From positions 1 to 62,724 of the forward strand of contig JBIIGI010000005.1 in assembly GCA_044236545.1 (NCBI GenBank): DNA of 62,724 nucleotides. The letters are read 5' to 3'. Below the pieces are notes generated by a model. It ran no database searches and was not told the origin of the DNA. It worked only from the letters and a program-made list of their open reading frames with translations. This DNA comes from Chthoniobacterales bacterium. Its GTDB lineage: Bacteria; Verrucomicrobiota; Verrucomicrobiia; Chthoniobacterales; UBA6821. Made by a program: the position numbers and the translations under genes. Position 1 is the stretch's first letter; each line of letters starts with the position of its first letter. Shown piece by piece: positions 44,373-53,677 of this stretch.

Positions 44373-46040
44373 ATGGAAAAGAAATCATCCGCATCCACCA
44401 AGGTTGCTTCCAAAAACTACCGACTCATCGGCATCTTTCTCGGCGTGGCGGTCCTCACCGTGGGGCTCTCTCTCCAGAGCCTGAGCAGGCTCAAAATCAA
44501 CGGTCCGCTGTACGATGAAATCATCTCCCAGAAAGATCTTTTGGCAGACATTCTCCCCCCCCCCCTCTACGTCATTGAGACCTACCTGACCGCCCTGGAG
44601 ATGTTGGGGGAGAGAGACAAGGCCAAACTCGCGGGGTATGCCGCGAGGATCCAATCCCTCAAGGAGGAATTTATGACGAGGGATGCGTACTGGGCCAAAC
44701 ACCTAGCGGGTTCACCGCAGGCCAAGATTCTGGCTGAGGATTCCCGGAAACCCGCAATGGAGTTTTTTAATACCCTCCAAAAGGAATTTATTCCTGCACT
44801 CCAACTTCAGGACAAGTCGGCAGCCAGTGCCCTCGCCTATGGAAAACTGAGTGATGAGTATGAGGCTCATCGCAAGGCGATCGATCAGGTGGTAGCATTG
44901 GCCACGAAGTCGAGTCAACTTCTGGAGAAATCCAGTGAAAGGGAAGCGCGCATGTGGACCATGCTGCTCTTGGCAATCATCGTCCTGGGTGCCCTTATGG
45001 TCGGGTTTTTCAGTTGGGATGTCATCCGGAACACCAGGTTGGCCATGGAGGAAATCAGCAACGAGTTTAAGCGGATCAGGGCCGAGGCGATGGCGACCGT
45101 CGCTGGGGTCGCAGCCAACCTCGACCGCAGCGCACTCCACACGGCATCCGCTGCACGGCAGGTCTCCATGTCGAGCAACCAACTCTCCTCGGGAGCGAGC
45201 GAGCAGGCTTCCTCCGTGGAGGAGACCAGCACCTCGCTTGAGGAGATGTCGAGCATGATCCGCGCGACTGCGGATAACGCCCAGAAGGCCAAGGCGCTTG
45301 CCTCCGATGCCCGGACAGTGGCCGACGCAGGCACTCTCACCATGGCCGAGATGGTGCAGGCGATGACGGCCATCGGTACCTCCAGCGGGGAAGTCGCGAA
45401 GATCGTGAAGAACATCGACGAGATCGCCTTCCAGACCAACATCCTCGCCCTGAACGCGGCCGTGGAGGCGGCCCGCGCTGGTGAGGCGGGTGCCGGCTTT
45501 GCCGTCGTTGCCGACGAGGTCCGCTCCCTGGCGCAGCGCAGTGCCGCCGCCGCCAAGGAGACCGCGGAGAAGATTGAGGCGGCCATTTTGAGCAGTAGGA
45601 GCGGCTTCGAGTGCTCCGCCAGGGTCAGTGAGTCACTCAAGCAGATCGCCGAGAAGGTCAACTCAACCGATGTTCTTGTCGCCGACATCGCCTCCGCTGC
45701 CACGGAGCAGGCGCAGGGGATCCAGCAGGTCAACAATGCCATGAGCCAGATGGAGAAAGTCACCCAGAGCAATGCTGCGAGTGCCGAGGAGAGCGCCAGT
45801 GCCGCGGAGGAACTCGATGCCCAGGCCGAGACCATGAAGGATCTGGTGGCCCAACTCCGCGAACTCGTCGGAGGTCAGGTCATTGCCGAATCCGGATCTT
45901 CCGGCATGCGGGCCGCGGAACCCCTGGCACACAGATCCGCACCCGTCCCTTCCAGGAATCAGAAAACACGCAACGCGATCCCGATGCCCGGGGATTCCGT
46001 TTCCGGATCCGATGAAGATGGTGGCTTCCGGAATTTCTAA
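44373..46040 (+). CDS. methyl-accepting chemotaxis protein 3 (C-terminal ...FRNF tail; contains a C11 tract)
   Basis: 555 aa. Same hairpin-tip motif. Ends [25 protein letters not shown]. Confidence 0.9.
   Translation: MEKKSSASTKVASKNYRLIGIFLGVAVLTVGLSLQSLSRLKINGPLYDEIISQKDLLADILPPPLYVIETYLTALEMLGERDKAKLAGYAARIQSLKEEFMTRDAYWAKHLAGSPQAKILAEDSRKPAMEFFNTLQKEFIPALQLQDKSAASALAYGKLSDEYEAHRKAIDQVVALATKSSQLLEKSSEREARMWTMLLLAIIVLGALMVGFFSWDVIRNTRLAMEEISNEFKRIRAEAMATVAGVAANLDRSALHTASAARQVSMSSNQLSSGASEQASSVEETSTSLEEMSSMIRATADNAQKAKALASDARTVADAGTLTMAEMVQAMTAIGTSSGEVAKIVKNIDEIAFQTNILALNAAVEAARAGEAGAGFAVVADEVRSLAQRSAAAAKETAEKIEAAILSSRSGFECSARVSESLKQIAEKVNSTDVLVADIASAATEQAQGIQQVNNAMSQMEKVTQSNAASAEESASAAEELDAQAETMKDLVAQLRELVGGQVIAESGSSGMRAAEPLAHRSAPVPSRNQKTRNAIPMPGDSVSGSDEDGGFRNF
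44555..44565 (+). repeat. C11 homopolymer tract inside the MCP3 coding sequence
   Basis: att ctc ccc ccc ccc ctc tac encodes ILPPPLY. It is the longest homopolymer I saw in the window. Confidence 0.95.
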
Positions 46041-46063
46041 CGGTTGTTGCTGCGGCCTAGAAA

Positions 46064-46915
46064 ATGTTTTCCTCGGACTCATTGCAGGATGCGACCCTGT
46101 CCCCCCAGGCCTACAGGACCATCGTGGATCTGGTCTATCAGCACAGCAGGATCAGGCTGGGTGATGACAAGCAGACCCTCCTGGCCAACAGGCTCAGAAA
46201 GCGCCTTCTTCAGCTCAGCATCACCTCCTACGACGAGTATTGCCACCGCTTGGCAGCGCCCGGAGCCCAGGATGAGGTTGAGCACCTGGTGGATCTCATC
46301 TCCACCAACCACACGAGATTCTACCGGGAGCCGGATCATTTCAGTTTTCTCACCGGCAGCATTCTGCCAGCCCTGATCCCCCGACTCCTGGCCGTCTCCG
46401 CGCCGCTGAGGATCTGGTCCGCGGCCTCCTCCTCCGGAGAGGAGCCCTACACGCTGGCGATCATTCTTTCCGAATACCTCAGGGCGCACCCCGCCGTGAC
46501 GTGGAAGATCGAGGCCTCCGACATCTCGAGGGGAATCCTAGAGAAGGCCGAAAAGGCAATTTACCGGATGGATGCGGTGGAACCCGTGCCGCGCGAACTT
46601 CTCAAGCGCTACTTTCAAAAGGGTGTCGGGGAGTACGAGGGGTACTGCCGGGTGAGGCCGGAACTGAAGGAGAAAGTCCGATTCGAGAGGGTGAACCTCT
46701 TCCAACCGGAATATCCCGTGGCGTTCAACCAGCATGTGATCTTCTGCCGGAACGTGATGATCTACTTCGATGTCCCGTCCCGAGAAGCAGCGGTGAAGCG
46801 CCTCTCCAAGCATCTCGCTCCGGGAGGCTATCTCATTGTGGGTCATTCCGAGAGCCTCCTGGGGGTCAATCACGGCCTTGTATCCGTCAAGCAAGGGGTC
46901 TACCAAAAGCCATGA
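46064..46915 (+). CDS. cheR: chemotaxis protein methyltransferase CheR
   Basis: 283 aa. TNHTRFYREPDHF, RIWSAASSSGEEPYTLA and IFCRNVMIYFD. Confidence 0.9.
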   Translation: MFSSDSLQDATLSPQAYRTIVDLVYQHSRIRLGDDKQTLLANRLRKRLLQLSITSYDEYCHRLAAPGAQDEVEHLVDLISTNHTRFYREPDHFSFLTGSILPALIPRLLAVSAPLRIWSAASSSGEEPYTLAIILSEYLRAHPAVTWKIEASDISRGILEKAEKAIYRMDAVEPVPRELLKRYFQKGVGEYEGYCRVRPELKEKVRFERVNLFQPEYPVAFNQHVIFCRNVMIYFDVPSREAAVKRLSKHLAPGGYLIVGHSESLLGVNHGLVSVKQGVYQKP

Positions 46916-48006
46916 CTACCGGGGAAAAAGTCCGTGTGCTCGTCGTGGATGATTCGGCCTTGGCACGACGCGCCATCACGGATGCGCTCCTCAGGGATCC
47001 GGGAATCGAGGTAATCGGGGGAGCCGCCGATCCCTACATAGCGAGGGAGAAGATCCTCGAACTGGAACCCGATGTCATCACGCTTGACCTGGAGATGCCC
47101 CGCATGGACGGCATCACCTTCCTGAAAATCCTCCGGGAGCATCATCCCGTCCCTGTGGTCGTTGTCAGTTCCCTCACACAGACAGGGTCCTCAAAGGCAA
47201 TGGAGGCGCTTCAAGCCGGCGCAATCGACGTCCTGGGAAAGCCGGACGGAAGCAGGAACTTCTCGGAGATTGCCGGCGAACTCGCCTACCATGTGAAAGC
47301 GGCGGCCCGATCACGACGCCGAAAGGAGGGAAGTGAGCCGGCCGCACCCGCTGCCAAAGAGTCATCAAAAAACTTTCCGCCGGGCAGTTTTTCGCTGCGT
47401 CAGGTGATTCTTATCGGCGCCTCCACCGGCGGAGTGGAGGCGCTTCGGCATATCCTGCCGCGTCTTCCCGCGGGTCTTCCACCGATCGTCGTGGTGCAGC
47501 ACATTCCGGCGAACTTTTCGCGGATCATGGCGCAGCATCTGGACGAATTGTGCCCCTTCACGGTGAGCGAGGCGACGAACGCGCAGGAGTTGAGACCCGG
47601 CATGTGCGTGGTGGCTCCCGGGGATTTTCACCTGGCCCTGCTTCCTTCGGGAATGGGCTACAAGGTCCGCCTGACCCAGTCCCCTCCCGTCCACCACTGC
47701 CGTCCGGCAGTCGACGTGATGTTCCATTCCGCGGCCGCACACGCCGGATCAAACGCGGTGGCGGCACTCCTCACAGGCATGGGTGTGGACGGCGCTCTCG
47801 GACTGCAGGCCCTGCAGGCCGCCGGATCGCACACGATCGCCGAGTCCGAGGAGAGTTGCGTCGTGTACGGGATGCCGCAGGCCGCGATCAAGTTGGGTGC
47901 GGCTGACCGCGTGGTGCCGTTAAGCGGCATGCCACAGGCAATACTCGATGCAGTCGTGGAAAAAAAAGCTAGCTTCCACAAAAAACACCGATCCGAAGCG
48001 CGATGA
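46912..48006 (+). CDS. cheB: protein-glutamate methylesterase/deamidase CheB
   Basis: ATG 46912 (ATGA overlap). Receiver domain VLVVDDS..DVITLDLEMPRMDG. Catalytic residues GASTGG, ..H.. and GMGVDGA. Confidence 0.9.
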   Translation: MTTGEKVRVLVVDDSALARRAITDALLRDPGIEVIGGAADPYIAREKILELEPDVITLDLEMPRMDGITFLKILREHHPVPVVVVSSLTQTGSSKAMEALQAGAIDVLGKPDGSRNFSEIAGELAYHVKAAARSRRRKEGSEPAAPAAKESSKNFPPGSFSLRQVILIGASTGGVEALRHILPRLPAGLPPIVVVQHIPANFSRIMAQHLDELCPFTVSEATNAQELRPGMCVVAPGDFHLALLPSGMGYKVRLTQSPPVHHCRPAVDVMFHSAAAHAGSNAVAALLTGMGVDGALGLQALQAAGSHTIAESEESCVVYGMPQAAIKLGAADRVVPLSGMPQAILDAVVEKKASFHKKHRSEAR

Positions 48007-48500
48007 CAATGAAAGGGAAACTTTCTTCCGGGGAGCTGACCACCATCGCCACCCGTGCCATCACGGAGGTGTTGGCCGTCCAACTGAAGCTGGTTGCGGA
48101 ACCCGTCACTCCCGGAGATGAACGCCTGAAGGAGGCAAAGAGGAACCACCTCCATGCCACCGTGACGCTGACCGGCGAAAGGATTGTCGGGGCGGTGTTG
48201 TTCCAGGTTCCCGTGGAGTTTGCCACCGTGGTTGCGGAACGACTGCTCGGCAGCGATGCGGAGGGCGATGACTCCAAGGATGTCACCGGAGAACTTTGCA
48301 ACATGATCTCCGGATTGGTGAAAGGGGAACTCTTATCCGCGGGATACCACGGAACGCTGGGTACTCCCATCGTGACCCTCGGATCCCTCATTACCCTGCG
48401 TGCCCCCGTTGATTCCGAACTTTGCACCACTGACTGGTCCTGTGAGGGCCACCTGCTCTCCCTTCAGATCCAGCTCAGCCATACCCATCCCGCGTCATGA
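48003..48500 (+). CDS. cheX: CheX/CheC-like chemotaxis phosphatase
   Basis: 165 aa. GELCNMISG matches the E-x2-N-x3-G phosphatase motif of the CheC/CheX/FliY family. ATGA junctions on both sides. Confidence 0.65.
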   Translation: MTMKGKLSSGELTTIATRAITEVLAVQLKLVAEPVTPGDERLKEAKRNHLHATVTLTGERIVGAVLFQVPVEFATVVAERLLGSDAEGDDSKDVTGELCNMISGLVKGELLSAGYHGTLGTPIVTLGSLITLRAPVDSELCTTDWSCEGHLLSLQIQLSHTHPAS

Positions 48501-48892
48501 TCCCGAAAATCCTCACCGTTGACGACAGTAAGACCATCCGGATGATGCTGGCCCGTCTTTTCCGGCCCTTTGCGTGCGAGCTTCACGAGGCGGGAAACGG
48601 GGAGGAAGCCCTGGTGGTGGCCGGGCGTGAAAAGCCGAGCCTCATCATCCTGGACTACAACATGCCGGTGATGGACGGGGTCACGATGCTGCGCCGTTTG
48701 AGGGAGGATGAGGATCTGAAAAAGACACCGGTGATCATGCTCACCGCTGATTCCAGCAACGAAATCATCTCCACCGTGGCGCGCCTCGGCGTGCGGGATT
48801 ATATTACCAAGCCTTTCAACGAGGATCTATTGTTGGCAAAAACCTCCCGCATTATCGGACTTGAGCGCCGGCCTGAGGTGGAGGTTGAGTGA
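48497..48892 (+). CDS. cheY: CheY-like single-domain response regulator
   Basis: 131 aa. ILTVDDS, LIILDYNMPVMDG, MLTA and KPF receiver motifs. Confidence 0.88.
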   Translation: MIPKILTVDDSKTIRMMLARLFRPFACELHEAGNGEEALVVAGREKPSLIILDYNMPVMDGVTMLRRLREDEDLKKTPVIMLTADSSNEIISTVARLGVRDYITKPFNEDLLLAKTSRIIGLERRPEVEVE

Positions 48893-48967
48893 TCTCTCCA
48901 CGGCAACCCATGATTCCTTCCACCCATCCGTCACGAAACGCACAGCATCCCGAACCAGAATCATCCG

Positions 48968-50209
48968 ATGAATGAAGCGCCCATGAACACGAATCCAGTC
49001 GCGACAGACCAGTCCCCCGAAGCCGCCGCCACATCCCTTCTGCAGGCGGAGGTGCTGGTGGTGGATGACAGCCGCACGATGAGACTGGCCCTCATTCGCG
49101 CACTCAACTCCCTTGGCTTCCATAACATCACTGAGGCGAACGACGGGCGTCAGGCACTGGAGGCCGTGCAGGCCAAATCCTTCGACCTCATGCTGCTCGA
49201 CATGGAGATGCCCGAAATGAACGGGATGGAGGTGCTGGCGGCGATGAGACTCGATCCCAGGCTCGAGGGTGTCCCCGTGATCGTGATCTCGGGGGCGGAG
49301 CAGGTTGAACTCGCCGTGCAGTGCATCGAGGCGGGAGCCGAAGACTACCTGACCAAGCCACCCAACCCGACTCTTCTCAGGGCACGTGTCACCACTTCCC
49401 TGGAGAAGAAGCGGCTTCGCGATCTCGACAGGCTCAGGTTCGCGCAACTTCAGGCGGAGAAAGAAAACCTGGAGCGGACACAACGCCGGCTGGACAAGGA
49501 GCTCAACGATGCCGCGCTCTACGTGCGAAGCATCCTTCCCGACCCTGTCGCACTACCCAACGCCATCGACTGGCATTACGAGCCGACAGGAGAGTTGGCT
49601 GGTGATTCCTTCGGCTATCACCAGATCGACGAAGACCACCTCGCCATTTACCTGCTCGATGTCTGCGGCCACGGCGTGGGCGCGGCGCTCCTCTCGGTCA
49701 GTGCCATCAATGCAATCCGGACCTCCGGCATCAAGGGGGTGGACTTCCGTGATCCTGGTGCCGTGCTCGGAGGCCTCAATGAGGCCTTCCCCATGGAGCG
49801 GAACAACGACATGTATTTCACCATCTGGTACGGTGTCTATCACGCTCCTACCCGTACGTTGCGCCATGCAAGCGCCGGCCACCCACCTGCGCTCCTGTTG
49901 CACCCCGAACACGGGATCAAGGAGGTCAACGAACCGGGAATGATCACGGGATTCATGCCGGAGACGGTCTACGAGTCATCCTCGCTCGAGATTCCGCGGG
50001 GGTCGCGCCTCATTGTCATCTGCGACGGAACCTACGAGGTCACCAAGCCTGACGGGACCCTGCTGTGTTTTGACGAGTTCAAGGAGTTCATGGCACTCAT
50101 TGGCGCGGAGCCCGATTGCTTCATGCGACTCCTTACATGGCTGAAAACCTTGAACGGACCGGGCCCACTGGATGACGACTTCTCGCTCGTGCGCATCCAG
50201 TTTCCATAA
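48968..50209 (+). CDS. response-regulator receiver fused to a PP2C/SpoIIE-type Ser/Thr phosphatase (RsbU-like)
   Basis: 413 aa. Receiver VLVVDDS..LMLLDMEMPEMNG..KP. Coiled linker. PP2C motifs GDSFGY, DVCGHGVGAAL and ICDGTYE. Confidence 0.85.
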   Translation: MNEAPMNTNPVATDQSPEAAATSLLQAEVLVVDDSRTMRLALIRALNSLGFHNITEANDGRQALEAVQAKSFDLMLLDMEMPEMNGMEVLAAMRLDPRLEGVPVIVISGAEQVELAVQCIEAGAEDYLTKPPNPTLLRARVTTSLEKKRLRDLDRLRFAQLQAEKENLERTQRRLDKELNDAALYVRSILPDPVALPNAIDWHYEPTGELAGDSFGYHQIDEDHLAIYLLDVCGHGVGAALLSVSAINAIRTSGIKGVDFRDPGAVLGGLNEAFPMERNNDMYFTIWYGVYHAPTRTLRHASAGHPPALLLHPEHGIKEVNEPGMITGFMPETVYESSSLEIPRGSRLIVICDGTYEVTKPDGTLLCFDEFKEFMALIGAEPDCFMRLLTWLKTLNGPGPLDDDFSLVRIQFP

Positions 50210-50264
50210 GTACTATAGACCACGGCTTGATTGACAGTGAAACGCCCCTCAAATCACCAACCCC

Positions 50265-50957
50265 ATGAACCACGAACCCCCCACCCACTCACATTCAGGT
50301 AATACGCAGGCCAGTAAAAGCCGCTCGGTCGGATTCCTTTCCTTTGCGGTCCTGCTACTGGCAGGTTACTCGCTTTTTTCGGTCTATTTCGCCAATGATC
50401 AGTCTGACAAGGCCATGAAAAAGGCATTTGTTGAAACTCTCCTGCTTGATCAGGCAAGGATGGCCCAGGTGAACTTCAAGATTCAGGTACAGGACTGGAA
50501 AAATCTGCTTCTCCGCGGACAGAATCCCGGGGATAGGTCAAAGTATCTAGGGGCGATCTCCGATAGCAGCGAGGCGGTTCAAAAGAACCTTCATCAGGTG
50601 CTCAATACACCCTCGCTGCCGGATGAACTCAGGCAGGAGATCGGATCAATCCTTGTCGCCCATGCCGCCATTCTGCCCAGTTACAGGAAGGCCTTTGAAC
50701 ATTATGGAGGGATGGAATCGATTCATGCCGTGGATCAGTCGGTGAGCGGAATTGACTATGAGCTCAACCTGAGGATTGATCGGGTGTCGTTGAGGATGAT
50801 GGAGGCCCAGTTCTCCATGATGGAGCGCCTGAAACAGGAGGCGCAGAGTCGCTATCGCACGGTGAGGATGACCATCACGCTGATGACGCTCGGCATTCTG
50901 TCGCTGATCGGGGCGCTTGTCTGGAAAAGCCTGTTTTCCCGAAGGTCACGGCTTTGA
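50265..50957 (+). CDS. two-TM membrane protein resembling a stand-alone periplasmic helical sensor module
   Basis: 230 aa. TM1 FLSFAVLLLAGYSLFSVYF and TM2 ITLMTLGILSLIGALVW flank about 150 aa of helical sequence (QVNFKIQVQDWKNLLLRGQNPGDRSKY). There is no cytoplasmic output domain. Confidence 0.55.
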   Translation: MNHEPPTHSHSGNTQASKSRSVGFLSFAVLLLAGYSLFSVYFANDQSDKAMKKAFVETLLLDQARMAQVNFKIQVQDWKNLLLRGQNPGDRSKYLGAISDSSEAVQKNLHQVLNTPSLPDELRQEIGSILVAHAAILPSYRKAFEHYGGMESIHAVDQSVSGIDYELNLRIDRVSLRMMEAQFSMMERLKQEAQSRYRTVRMTITLMTLGILSLIGALVWKSLFSRRSRL

Positions 50958-51152
50958 AAGTCAGGCCTGCTGTTGGGAAAAGTGAAATCGAATGTGACGG
51001 AACGGTAACGTTGCAACGATTGTGAACTTTCTCTGCAGCGCCTAAAAATTACCTTGAGGAGTTGTATGAATTTTCCAGGAGTCGCATTCAAGACAGCCGT
51101 CCGGCAGCGCCCGCGGCAAGTTGCCTGCATAGCTTCTTACCAACGCGGTTGA

Positions 51153-52751
51153 ATGGAGTCCGCGGCCCTGTTTCTGGCTGGATTGAGCCTCTTTTTCTAC
51201 GGCGTTAACGGCGTCCGTGAAAAACTGCAGCAGGCCAGTGGGCGACGCCTTAGGAATATTCTCGCGCGCTTCACGAGGAGGCCCTTCGTGGCAGCTCTGC
51301 TTGGCGTGCTTGCCGGCGCTGTCACCCAGAGTTCCTCCGCGGTCTCCTTCATCCTTTCGGGGCTCGTGGCCACGGGACTTATTCCGCTCAGACGCGCACT
51401 CCCAGTTGTGGCGGCGACCCATGTGGGCACCGCGCTCCTCGTCTTTCTCGCCGCGCTCAACATTCATGTGGCGATTCTCTACCTGATCGGGTTGACCGGC
51501 CTGATGATCTCCTTCCGGATCAGCGAGCGGCACGGGGCCCTGATAGGATCCCTTTTCTCCATCGGACTGCTCTTTCTGGGGCTTGACCTGATGAAGACAT
51601 CCTTCCTTCCGTTGCCGGACTGCGAGTGGTTCCAGACCCTGGCCATGTTCATCAGGGAATGGCCGCTCGCGCCCTTCCTGCTCGGGGTGGCGCTGAGGAT
51701 GTTCATCCAGTCCTCCTCTGCAATCGGAGTGATTGCAATGACCCTCCAGCACGGGGGATTGTTTGACGAGATCCAGGCGATGATTCTGATCTGCGGCACG
51801 GGCCCCGGAGTGGCCCTCTCCGGATTCTTTCTCTCGGGAAATCTGAGCGGCCCTCCCCGCCAGATCGTCATCTATCAGGGAATGATTAACCTTCTTTCCG
51901 GATGCCTTGTGGGAATTCTCATCATGGCCGATACCCTTGGTGGCCATCCATTGTTGAGGGAAGTGCTCGACCATCTCTCGATGAACGCCTCGGACCGGAT
52001 CGCCTGGGTCTATTTCTTCATGATGGCAGTCTGCATGATTGCTGGCATTGCCATCCTTCCCAGGATCGAGCCTCTGCTGAAAAAGCTTTCCCCCCCGGAC
52101 GTTGAGAGTGATCTGTCACGTCCGGAGTTCCTGCTTGAAGAGGCCTTGGCCACCCCGGAAACGGCGACAACCCTCGTGGACCGTGAACAGAGGAGGTTCC
52201 TCGAACTCTGCATCGCCCTGCTCGACACTGCACGGGAGGAGGGTGGGGCCGGAAAGTCGGAGAACGCCGCGGCCTATCACCAGGGCGCGAAGGGACTGAA
52301 CAGGGAGATCACGGAGTATTCGGAAGAGCTGATTGCCAGGCCCCTTGATTCCCAGACGATGCACGAACTCCTCAACCTGAAGCGCAGGCAGGAGATGCTC
52401 GGACCCCTTGAAGAGTGCGTGGAAGGGCTCGTCCGCTCGACCCGCGACAGTGCGCCTGGAAGCGAACGTCAACTTGAGATGAAGAGCCTGCTGGAGTCGA
52501 TGAGCCTCATTGCGCTCACGGCTCTAGAGGCATGGACAAACGGGGATCCCCAGGAGCTTGAGTTTCTGCTCCAACTCACGGATGACCGGAGTGGGATGAT
52601 GGAGAAACTCCGGAAGAACTTCCGTGCCGATGGGAACGCAATGAGCCCGGAGGATCAGTCCGCTCTTTTCTATGCAACCACCCTCTTTGAGCGCGCTGTC
52701 TGGCTGATGCGCCAACTTGGACTCACTCTCGGCGGTGAGCGGGAGGGATAA
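51153..52751 (+). CDS. Na+/phosphate cotransporter family protein (NptA-like, with PhoU-like C-terminal region)
   Basis: 532 aa. LFLAGLSLFFYGVNGVREKL...GAVTQSSSAV, a second repeat IQSSSAIGV, and a helical soluble C-terminus. Confidence 0.8.
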   Translation: MESAALFLAGLSLFFYGVNGVREKLQQASGRRLRNILARFTRRPFVAALLGVLAGAVTQSSSAVSFILSGLVATGLIPLRRALPVVAATHVGTALLVFLAALNIHVAILYLIGLTGLMISFRISERHGALIGSLFSIGLLFLGLDLMKTSFLPLPDCEWFQTLAMFIREWPLAPFLLGVALRMFIQSSSAIGVIAMTLQHGGLFDEIQAMILICGTGPGVALSGFFLSGNLSGPPRQIVIYQGMINLLSGCLVGILIMADTLGGHPLLREVLDHLSMNASDRIAWVYFFMMAVCMIAGIAILPRIEPLLKKLSPPDVESDLSRPEFLLEEALATPETATTLVDREQRRFLELCIALLDTAREEGGAGKSENAAAYHQGAKGLNREITEYSEELIARPLDSQTMHELLNLKRRQEMLGPLEECVEGLVRSTRDSAPGSERQLEMKSLLESMSLIALTALEAWTNGDPQELEFLLQLTDDRSGMMEKLRKNFRADGNAMSPEDQSALFYATTLFERAVWLMRQLGLTLGGEREG

Positions 52752-52995
52752 ACAGCCGGGCGTCAGTTTCACCTACCCAAGCCCAAGGCTTGTGATGGTG
52801 ATGCCAAACCGAGTGGCCGGTGAGGGTGAACGCCTCATACCATTGACACGATTAGTCTGGTGGAATTGGCGAAGGGATTTTGGTGATGGGCTAGGCGGAA
52901 GACCGAGGGCTATCTGAAGATAACCCGAGGGATGACAACAACGCCCATCACCGAAAGAACCAGCTGCTTCCACCAGAATAAGGGTGGAGATGGTA

Positions 52996-53313
52996 TCAGC
53001 CCTTCAGCGCGCTATCCCTGTCCGGGTATGTGGAGACAAGCGAAAGGAACCCCGAGAGTTCCAGCAACTTCATCACCGTCGGCTGGATGCTGCAGAGACG
53101 AAGAACCCCTCCCGACGATTTGGTTTTTTTGAGTGCCTGAAGGATGGAGCGCAACCCCGCGCTGCTGACATAGCTCAGTTCGGACAAATCAAGGAGAACC
53201 GGACCTGATTCCGGAATCACCGCATCCAATGAGGGGCCGGTCTGGACGTCGAGTCGTCCGTTAAGTGCCAGCACGGTGGTCGTTTCAATCCGCACTTCTT
53301 GGATGGTGAGCAT
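52996..53313 (-). CDS. STAS-domain anti-sigma-factor antagonist (SpoIIAA/RsbV-like)
   Basis: 105 aa. LNGRLDVQTGPSL...LLDLSELSYVSSAGLRSIL has the conserved phosphorylatable Ser context (SYVSSAGL). Confidence 0.85.
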   Translation of the reverse strand: MLTIQEVRIETTTVLALNGRLDVQTGPSLDAVIPESGPVLLDLSELSYVSSAGLRSILQALKKTKSSGGVLRLCSIQPTVMKLLELSGFLSLVSTYPDRDSALKG

Positions 53314-53677
53314 GGGGAGGAGTCCGTTTTTTCTGCGTGGATTTCTTAAAAAAGGTGCAAAATCATCACCTGTTCACGAAAGTTTGGAAAGGGTGAAGTC
53401 GAGGAATAAAATGAACGTGAAGACCGCGGGACTGGCGGTCAGATGATTCCAACAAGGAAGTTGGAGCCGTTGTTCATGAAGTTATACTCGTGGAGTCCCG
53501 CTTCCTCTGAGAGGTGGCGGCAGGCCCATTTGCGGGAGTAGTCGCCCATGCCGCAGTAATGCCTTCAACTCAATCCAACTTGAGAAGCTCAAGCGTCCCT
53601 CGACTCCTTTTCATCTCAATCCCCAAGCTAACTGATGAAGAAGCGGCATTGTTCGTGCTAGGCGCCGAAAAAGACCC

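Noticed and set aside
50994-51027. gtgacggaacggtaacgttgcaacgattgtgaac as another copy of the GTTAC/TTGCAAC repeat arms
   Set aside because: Only short motif-level resemblance (gtaacg, ttgcaac). It is too weak to assign to a family without a statistical alignment.
53438-53549. Apparent 36-aa minus-strand ORF in the 53314-53677 gap that at first looked like a gene remnant
   Set aside because: On re-translation base by base the frame stops after about 21 codons (MGDYSRKWAWPPPLRGSGTPRV*). My first reading contained a transcription error, so there is no support for a gene.
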